A stretch of DNA of 64,000 nucleotides from NCBI GenBank assembly GCA_964016885.1, contig OZ024754.1:32240001-32304000 (forward strand). The letters run 5' to 3'. The notes beneath the pieces were generated by a model. The model was given only the letters and a program-made list of their open reading frames with translations, ran no database searches and was not told the origin of the DNA. The position numbers were made by a program, and so were the translations under genes. Positions 39,283 through 64,000 of the stretch are shown in pieces. Numbering within the stretch: the stretch's first letter is position 1; each line of letters opens with the position of its first letter. The DNA is from Eledone cirrhosa. Taxonomy: Eukaryota.

Positions 39283-39464
39283 ACCATGTAAATGGTAGCA
39301 CAGTGGTCTGGATAACCAAAGATGTGGGTTCGACTCCTATGTACGTCAATACTCATCTTTTTCCATTTATCTGCAACCATTACTGTTGGAAGCTCGCTTC
39401 CAACAGTAATGGTTGCATTCTTTAAGGGTATGTCAATATTTATTTATAAAACTGCTCTATATTA

Positions 39465-39529
39465 TATTTTATCTGATGAAAGCACACCATAATTTAACTT
39501 GGTGTCCTTGAAATATGTATAATGAAATA
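39465..39529 (+). ncRNA. Minimal hammerhead motif (family A)
   Basis: Same as the 4543-4607 copy over the motif. Confidence 0.75.
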
Positions 39530-39656
39530 AATATGGTTTTATAAATATAGTTTCCATTTGTTAATATCGTATTTTTACTCCAATTATTTGTTGAGTGCTT
39601 TATATCAGTTATAAAAATATTTGCATGTTGTATCCCAACAATTTAAATAGAAATTT

Positions 39657-39739
<83 letters not shown>

Positions 39740-40012
39740 CGTTTCTGAATTTGTTTAGCAAGATTCTTTATCTGAAAACGTGTGTTGAAACCGATATTGT
39801 TATATTTTGGGAGGGTCATGTTGCCAATAAGAAACACACGCATCAGTTGCTTTCACTTCAATTTATTATAAATTAAATTTATAAATTTAGGAATTTATAA
39901 ATTTCCGGTTGGTTGGTTCCAAATTCCTAAATTTATAATAAATTGAAGTAAAAGCAACTGGTGCGTGTGTTTCTTATTGGCAACATGACCCTCCCAAAGT
40001 ATAACAATATAT

Positions 40013-40058
<46 letters not shown>

Positions 40059-40912
40059 ACTAGAAATTGATTGATATATATATATGTCAATCTAATTCTA
40101 GTTGATATGTAATGCTCGGATCTAATCTTTGAGCTTATTCTACGCTGGATATGGCGCATGTCTCTCAGACATGACAACCCTTAATTTTAATTTTGGATAT
40201 ATATATATATATATATATATAACGTTTGTTATAGCTCTGGTTCATCTGAATCATTGAGCATTTGCCTCACATCTCGGAGGTTGTTTTTCGTTATTTCGTG
40301 GGCCGAAATGCGAATCTCAATAATTTATGTTTGTATTTATCTCCAGACTCTAGCTATTGACCAGTTAATTTTCTTGATTTTTTAGTTGATTCTATTGACT
40401 GATGAATAGCTTATGTTAATTTTAACCCTTCTGTTGAGAACTCTATTCGATTTGTGATGTTTTTGCATTCTTGCAAAAATATACACAACTGAATTTATTC
40501 GCCTGATATAGGGGCTGCCTCCCTTGCCGATCCCCACGTGGAGTCAGCAATAGTCAGTCCTTGTATTAACATTGAACTAAAACCTGTTGAGAAAGGGGCT
40601 TCCTTGTTCAATCATCTTACCAGAAGCCTGACATTATTTATGTAAGCGGACGGTACTTGATTTAGGAGCCGCAGAAACCCAAATACTGGATTTTACCAAC
40701 CTTCCAGGGGTCCGGGTAAATTTTCAATACCCGAATTACTTGATCGTTTTTTTTTTTGGGCTATGCGAATGATTGTTTAACCATCGTCTCAGTGTGTTTG
40801 GCCTTTAACGTTTGTAGCTCTGGTTCATCTGAATCACTGAGCACTTGCCTCACATCTCGGAGGTTGTTTTTCGTTATTTCGTGGGCCGAAATGCGAATCT
40901 CGATAATTTATG

Positions 40913-40987
<75 letters not shown>

Positions 40988-42831
40988 CTTTATTTACCAT
41001 AAAGGCATTATATATATATATATATAGTGTCTATAACGTCTGCGTGCAATTTAAAATACAAGTATTTTAAATATATAAGCTAGATCGACATAAATAAGTG
41101 TGTTTTACTTATAGAGTTCCCCAACCAAGGCTTCTGGAATTCAAAAACAACATTAACCATCCCAAGACATTGAAATAACCAACATTTGAAGAATTACAAT
41201 TCTTTCATAGGGGGGGGGGGGGGTCTTTGGAATAAGAGATGTTGAATATATTTCATACATACCATATCGTTGCAGACATGTGAATATATTCCACTCAATG
41301 TATTAGGACAACATGACGGGTTAATATTAACACTGGAAATAGCAGCCAAAAACCGTGTAAATCAGATAAACAATGAGGGAGTAGTTAATCAGTTAAAGGT
41401 TGGGGAATTCTATGTCCAAGACACGAGCCACTCAAACTTGATGTACTTCATTTTGACGTCCTCAGAACAGAATAATTTTGTCCCCCGATCTAAACTTCCC
41501 TGTGTCAGTCCAACCGACGGCACAGGGAAGTCTAATAATTTTAGATGTTAGGCCTCCGTTTCCTTGACGACCTGAGCCAGTTTGGATGATTGATACATCG
41601 TCCATACGTTCCAGTATCCAATGTTTGTGGGAGATTTTGCTGGCAGGATTCGAAATTTCGGAATGGCAACCTCCTCAAAGAAGCTTGGTTTGTCAACCGT
41701 CACACTGTTTCCAGATGGAGACGACTTTCATCCTGGCTACTTTCGGTTTGTTGTACTTTGAACTGTTTTCGTAGCAGAGGGCTTTTTTTAAAAAAAAATT
41801 TACGGTAGTAGGTTGCTAGCCTTTACCACTTACAATTATTGTACAGACTGTAAGTGGGAATCATCTCATGGAGCTTTTCAAGCGGCCTTGACTCGCCCTG
41901 ACACAAGTCCCTCATAGGATATTAGCTCCAATTTATAGACGAGAAGCTGCCAAACATCAGGTCAGTGCATCCCAGGGACCTGCCGCTGTACTGTCCGCGA
42001 TTGCTTATTCGTGCATCCGATGATGCTTTATTTCGCAGCTTACCATCATACTGATGGGTTGCCTCCTATCTGCAAACTGGGGACGTGGTTGATGGCGCAC
42101 AGCTTCGCCCACTACCCTAGGATCCCACCGTAGGTAAATAATTATGACACGAACACAACTTAAAATACTCACAGCAAGACCACCTGTCACAGTGAGCAGA
42201 GATGTAGTCTGGGGTCAAGAACGCCGTTACTATCCTGATTAATATATTTGAAGCGATGTTTTGTGTTTGTTGTTGAAGAAGATTAACATGACAAATACAA
42301 TTATTTTAGTTAAATATAGAATTTTACTTCACTCCAGTTAAATAGAGAAAAGAATATTATTGCTTCGAATCATAAAAAGTATAAAGATGGTAGCACTCAC
42401 AAATGAAGGCAGCGTTCGAAAAGTTCTTTGTGTTTTGTTGGAAAATCTATGTTTATATGAAAAGGCAGATGATTCTGTGTGATTGAAGTGTTGATGGAAG
42501 AATTGCTGTCAGGCCCTTGTCCAGAGGGCCGACATTTATTTTTGCTAAGTGCTTCATCTTGCTGGTGATGCTTCCCTTCCGAGATACCAGAGTCGACTGA
42601 CAATGAAAACATCTCGCCTCACCTCAGGCTAACCAGCCACTCCAGACAAATAACACCAACTGAGATAAAAGAGAAACAGTAGTCAGATGTCATTTCGGGT
42701 GTCAGCGTGAGAACAGATTTCGTTACATATTTCCTATTGACTATTGCAGAAATATACGGCTCAGGCGGCGACCTTTCCGACACCCAATACCTTTCTGAAA
42801 TATGAAATCTTTTAGTATTATTTCTAATTTA

Positions 42832-43435
42832 GTGGATTGGCAGTATCGGTAGAGGGACGGACGCCATGCTTTACAGCAAAGAGTTACGCCCTTTATGATC
42901 TGAGTTCAAATCCCGCCGAGGTTAACTTTGCCTTTCACCCTTACGGGGTCGATAAAATAAAGTACCAGTAATACACTGAGATAATTGCTGGCCTTGTGCC
43001 AAAAGTAGAAACAATTATTATTTCATGAAATAGACGGTGGATTGGCAGTATCGGTAGAGGGTCGGACGCCATGCTTTACAGCAAAGAGTTACGGCCCTTT
43101 ATGATCCGAGTTCAAATCCCGCCGAGGTTAACTTTGCCTTTCATCCTTACGGGGTCGATAAAATAAAGTAGGAGTAATACACTGGGATAATTGCTGGCCT
43201 TGTGCCAAAAGTAGAAACAATTATTTCTAATTTAGTGGATTTCTAATTTGGTGGATTGGCAGTATCGGTGGAGGGTCGGACGCCATGCTCTGCAGTATAG
43301 AGTTACGGCCCTTTACGATATGAGTTCAAATCCAGTTAACTTTGCTTTTCATCCTTACGTAGTCGATAAAATAAAGTACCAGTAATGCACTGGAATAATT
43401 GCTGGCCTTGTGCCAAAAGTAGAAACAATTATTTC
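42832..43435 (+). mobile_element. Three head-to-tail SINE family 1 copies
   Basis: GTGGATTGGCAGTATCGG…GTGCCAAAAGTAGAAACAATTATT three times. Confidence 0.85.
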
Positions 43436-43624
43436 TAATTTAGACACAGAGTCAACCATTTGAAGAACGGAAAAAGTCGATTTAATCGACCTCAGGAAGA
43501 TGAAAAGCAAAATTGACGTCGGCGTGATTTGAACTCAGTGAGCAGAGAGATGGAACGAATACAAAGCACTCTATCCATCGCCGCCTTACAATATTAAATA
43601 AATTAATAAAATAAAAAATGCAAC

Positions 43625-43697
43625 AGGTTCTGGCGAGGTTCGAACTCGCGGCCTTCTGCGTGTAAAGCAGACGTGATAACCACTACACCACAGAACC
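43625..43697 (-). tRNA. tRNA-Val (TAC)
   Basis: Same cloverleaf; variable loop AGGCC versus ATGTC in the other copy; T5 run downstream. Confidence 0.92.
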
Positions 43698-44034
43698 AGC
43701 TGATGCTATAAAATTGCTATATAATATACTACTTAAACTTAAGAATTGTAGCTTGAGGCATGGTAGTGTTAAGTTTTAGTTATTTGTTTTTAAAAACATA
43801 ACTGATGAATGGTGTTTAGTATCGTAAGTGACGTGTAACTGAATTAAGAACTCAGTATAATATATTATAATTGGTTAGAGATATATATTTACACTACACC
43901 CTACGACCCCCCCCCCCCCCTTGAAGACGCACTTGTATGGTTATATATATGTCTAAATTGAACGTCAGGGTAGTTGCAAAGTGAAATTAAGTTGGGGATT
44001 TAAAAACCAACCTTAATACACCATGTATGTTTGT

Positions 44035-44095
<61 letters not shown>

Positions 44096-44925
44096 CATTA
44101 AAATGTATATACACAAACATACACGTCATGCGTTTCCTATCTCAGTCATGTTGCAACAAAAGTTCGCTTTCCAATCAGAAGTTCCTGGGTTCTAACCCGA
44201 CACGTACCCCGTAAATAGTTATTTCTCTAAAGTTACACATTTAATCCCATATCTCATTTATACATATATGCTGAACATTCATACAAATCCTAGAAAGAAA
44301 TGATTAAAATACCATTCTTATCTTTAATCACTTTATCGTGTCAGAAATGAATATATACTATAGGGTTACTCTTATCTAACCATTAATTCAATAAAACGGA
44401 AATTTCACAACTCCTATTACCGTTATTATTGACGACTCGGGACCACTAGTAAATAAATAAACCAAGTGAGACAAAATACGCAGTGGTTTTAACAGTTCTG
44501 TGTTCGAGTAAGAGCTGTTATCTCGGAATTGAACATATGGTGTAAGTATGAATCATGACACCGGCTAGTCAGGTGATGTAACACCGTTTCTTGCTGACGA
44601 TCTTCTTGGAAGTATTGCTGACAAGTATGTTATATTTTCTCCACTATTATCTCTTCTATATCACATATAATGTTGTAAGATGTAAAGACATTAGGTTAGT
44701 CCTTTATATGTGATAAAGTCAATAGTTTACGCCACCTACATCATGGTGTTTAAATATAACATATTGTTACCCTGTAATGAAGTGTATACGTAATATATTT
44801 CTCTGCGTGTTATATAGATATATAACACGAAGAGAATATATAAAGTAAACAAATAATAAAGTAAACGACACAGTACAATGAAGAAATATATTAGTTTAAC
44901 ACTTTATATATATATTGTGTGTGTG

Positions 44926-44970
<45 letters not shown>

Positions 44971-46169
44971 TGTCTGTGTATATACATATATATATATATA
45001 TAGTTGTTTTTAATCACGGATGTTTGTATATACAATTCTTGCGTGAAAAATTTAGCTTAGTAGTGTTGTGTATGTAATGTAATGAAGGTGTGCGTTTCTG
45101 GGCAACACTTTATTTCGACTAACTTCAGTTATTTTAGCTAGCAAAAATAAGTTGTACCTGCAATATAAGGTGGTCAGCCTTGTCACACTGTATCATGCCG
45201 AAAATTACGTTAAGGCTACGTATGTCTAGACTGTTCACCCGCTTACACGGTAATTTCGCGAGCAGGCTGTCTTGTTATTCAAACAAGTGGAATACTCGTC
45301 GACGAAGCTGACGGAGGTCCAATCCACTGTTGTGTGTGCCTAATGTGTTTCTGTTTATGTGTGTGCGTGTATATATATATTATATATATATATGTGTGTG
45401 TGTACTGAACAATGAAAATAAAACAAACCAAAGATAGGTTCTTAACTAGTTCATTGCTTTGCGATCGTTTCAGAGGGTTGATTGATCATGGCAGATCGAT
45501 ATATTGACTAGCATGTAGTGGTTGTGTCACTACATATATATTTCTAGTCTCAAAATATCTAATCCAACACACTGTATTCTCCAGAAAGTTTTATTTTTAT
45601 TGTTGAACACACACACACACACACACGTATATAACTGAAGTAGATTCTTTGAGGGAAACTTATGCGATGAGAGACTACTATTTAAAAAAATATAGGTCTC
45701 ACGTAAACTCGTTGAAACTATCCCTTCAAGGCTGCTTGGAGTTTAAACGTTATTGGCCCTACCATAATCAGATGGATACCTATATATATATATATATATA
45801 TATATATCATTTTTGTATTAGTTTTGCAAAATATTTTATCTGAAAACGTGTGTTGAAACATTGTTATACTTTGGGAGGGTCATGCTGCCAATAAAAAAAC
45901 ATACACCTGATTTCACTTCAGTTTATTATTATAATTTCCCAGTCAGTTAGTTTAATAATTGGATGTTTGTTTTGTTAGTTGATTGTCATCAAAGCTCTTT
46001 CATCACATTCTGTGACCTCACAAAAACAAGATGGTGTAGGACAGAACAAAGGAGAGACACAAAATAACAAAATTAATCACTGAGGAGGTCACAGAATGTG
46101 TGATGAAAGAGCTTTGATGACAATCAACAACTATTATAATTATTATATTAACCGACTGGCAAATCTAAA

Positions 46170-46628
46170 TTATAATAAAGGAAAGTCTGCGGGATTGCAT
46201 ATGGTTTATTTATTTTTATCCTGTTTGTAAAATAAGTTGAATTACTTTGAATAAATAATGAATGAATATTACATAATTTATCTACTAAATTTCGTGGCTG
46301 TTCATTAAATATATTTTGTTTATTTAAAGAATCACTTCTTTAAAATTTCTGAAATGTCAACACTTCCGATGGCGATCGCTTAAATAAACATACTAATTTT
46401 CCATCACTAATTTTCTCCTAATACAGTTTATATATAATATTGCCTTTTTTAATGTATCATGGATTACTTTACTGATTACATAAGTCTTCGTTCAATTTCT
46501 ATGTATTATATATTGTCAATTACGATTTTATTTGATGTATCATATCTACATATATCTGCGTATAATATAAATATACACACTACACATGCTAGCAGAAAAC
46601 CACTCGAAGGGTGGTTTTTCTGCTAGTT
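46170..46628 (+). mobile_element. Helitron-like non-autonomous element
   Basis: Ends in hairpin CTAGCAGAAAACCAC…GTGGTTTTTCTGCTAG|T; related reverse copy ~60928-61440. Confidence 0.45.
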
Positions 46629-46757
46629 ATAATAATAAATTGAAGTGAACTCCAACAGGTGCCCATGTTTTTCTTGGCAGCATGACCCTTGTAAAATATA
46701 ACAATATCTGTTTCAACACACATTTTCAGATAAGTCTTGCAAAACAATTGCCATCTA

Positions 46758-46957
46758 CGAGTGTAGGCTGAAAAGTTCATATGCTGACTATGAAAAAAAC
46801 TGATGCTAGAGCTGTGAAATCTTGCATGCATTAATTTCAACTTTTCTTATTAATAACTGTATTGTTTCTTTCCAGGGACTATGTTGAAAAATAAACCTCA
46901 TTTGGTCATTTCATGAGAGTATCTTGATCAGCCTATGAACTTTTCAGCTGACCCTTG
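46758..46957. mobile_element. Mariner-type MITE (~200 bp)
   Basis: TA TSD; same family as 21938-22134. Confidence 0.75.
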
Positions 46958-47039
46958 TACATGCGAACTGCCTTCTTACGTGTTTCTTTTTTACTTTCTA
47001 TTGCAGGGATTGAACATATTCTGAGCTATAATCTTTTAA

Positions 47040-61989
<14,950 letters not shown>

Positions 61990-63519
61990 TAGCTCAAATT
62001 TATGGCAGGATTTATAATAAATTGTTTATATATAATTATATAGAACTATAAACAAACAGTCTGATAGTCATGCCTGCATCGTCTCACACATTTACAACAA
62101 AAAAATATATAATAATAAAATATATTTTTTGAAACCCAAATTAATAAAACCTTTCTAATTACTTGCGAAACAAAAATATAACTTTCACATTTCTTCCAAG
62201 GCATTTTGACGTTTATCAGCCCCAATCCCAACTGAAGACCAGGAATGGTTAAACTAAGAATTTGCTTATTTGAATTTTAGAAATTAAAAAAAAACGAAAA
62301 AAAAACGATTTATTATCTATACTTGATTCAGACCTATTTGCATTATGTTGCTGGCTGTTGTGACTATGATTTATATTAATCTGTACATGTTTCATTTGAT
62401 ACCAAACTACCGGAAATTGCACCTGTTTCTATGATACAAAGCTGTTTGTTTTAAAGTGTTTGTGTTTATCTAAAAACCTTCCATCATAATTTTATATAAG
62501 CACTTTTGTTAAGTTATGCTCCAAACACCAGTTAAATAGTGAGAAAGTTATATTACTAAATCCCTCCAAATTTTTTATTATTTTCAAAATTATTTGAAAA
62601 TAATAGGCAATGTTTTCTAATCAAAATATACTAATGAAAGGGTTAAAGTGTTTATATTTATCTAAACACCGTCCAACATAATTTTATATAAGAACTTTTG
62701 TTAAGTTATACTTCAAACACCAGCTAAATAATGAGAAAGTTATATTATTAAATCCCTCCAAATTCTTAATTATTTTCAAAATTACTTGAAAATCATAGGC
62801 AGTGTTTTTTATTAGAAATATGGTAATGAAAGGGTTAAACAACAAGTAATATTTTGATATTTATTCTTGGTGAGGAATGTGTGGTCCTACTAAGTCTTTT
62901 TTGTTGGGCTGTTTTGTAAAATCTCCTTGTGTTTCTTTTTTATAAGATTAATATGGGATAAAGAGTGAATGGTTGATTGAATAATATCCCAAACTACAGC
63001 ATAATCTATCATGTTGATACTATTCTAAGACTGAGTTATTTTCCATTGCATCCCACACCCTCTCCTAAGCCCAACTAACAATAACTGTCTTTTACACTTG
63101 TGCCTGAAGCAAATTCACAAGGCATTCAAAAAATAAATCTTCAATTTTATCAATGTCCATAAAACTTTCAGCAATAAATAACAAACAAAAGATTTCAACT
63201 TCATTCTCTATCGGAGTTATTATTCTGTCGGAATATAATGGGAACATTTATTGGAAAAGTCTAGGATCTCACCCATTAGAATAATCTAAAATACAAGCGT
63301 TTTAAGCCATTTTCTTTGGTACTGCAACAGTTAGCCTTATAGGGACCCATGACAAGCTTCTCTATTTTGCCCTATCCTCTTCATCCCCATTCACCAAACT
63401 AACTGCCCTGGCTTTAATTTCCTCTTGTCATCTTTAGCCATGTTTTTCTTGATCTTCATCATTGTGACCACAGTGAAACATTCCTGACAAAGTCTCTCCA
63501 CAATTCATCATTTTCCATT

Positions 63520-64000
63520 GTTCCTGGTAACTGTTCCCTACTGGGGTTTGTATCATCCAAGAGTTGATTGATGAAGGTTCAAGCAGGTCTCCCTCAACTG
63601 TGTCTCCCATAAGTTAGTTCCCACAATAGTAGCTTGTGTATAATACCCTGAGTTGGTCAATGAAGGTTCAAGCAGGTCTTCCATGCAGCTCCCCTTGCTT
63701 TGGTTCCCACAATAGTAACTTGTGTATAACACCCTGAGTTGATCAATGAAGGTTCAAGCAGGTCTTCCTCTACTGTCTCTTGTCAGTTAGTTCCCACAAT
63801 AGTAACTTGTGTATAACACCCTGAGTTGATCAATGAAGGTTCAAGCAGGCCTTCCTCTACTGTCTCCTGTCAGTTAGTTCCCACAATAGCAGCTTGTGTA
63901 TAACATCATGAGTTGATCAATGAAGGTTCAAGCAGGCCTTCCTCTACTGTCTCCTGTCAGTTAGTTCCCACAATAGCAGCTTGTGTATAACATCCTGAGT
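63520..64000. repeat. ~87-bp tandem repeat running off the window end
   Basis: GAGTTGATCAATGAAGGTTCAAGCAGG recurring about every 87 bp. Confidence 0.88.

Noticed and set aside
39765-39800. CTGAAAACGTGTGTTGAAACC in a repeat family (also ~45840, ~46710-46730) as a hammerhead
   Set aside because: All three copies lack G8 and no convincing helix I is present.
41270-41560. ORF with faint resemblance to a Helitron Pif1 helicase segment
   Set aside because: Too degenerate to support without a profile search.

Overview
Eukaryotic, AT-rich, repeat-dense DNA. The (TA)n microsatellites, tRNA-derived SINEs and mollusc-type 5S fragment suggest an octopus-like cephalopod (inference). Three spliced protein-coding genes were assembled by hand from GT-AG exons with consistent phases: a PPP1R36-like gene (minus strand, 12 small exons, 26141->819, apparently incomplete at the 3' end), a TTC9/TTC9C-like TPR gene (minus strand, 3 exons, 206 aa) and a complete SRP54 (plus strand, 14 coding exons, 504 aa). 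Two tRNA-Val(TAC) genes are present, one inside a PPP1R36 intron. The rest is SINEs, RTE and CRE-like LINE remnants, mariner- and piggyBac-type MITEs and many minisatellites, two of which grew out of a transposon. The most notable signal is a set of minimal type I hammerhead ribozyme motifs in at least two, possibly three, repeat families. They sit beside (TA)n tracts and local inverted duplications and show helix II covariation, which resembles Penelope-like element derivatives; several are in sense orientation within PPP1R36 introns. A 5S rRNA-headed SINE candidate and a ~900-bp fold-back mariner are also present. Everything was read by eye, so repeat boundaries and copy numbers are approximate and gene names rest on remembered family motifs, not database searches.
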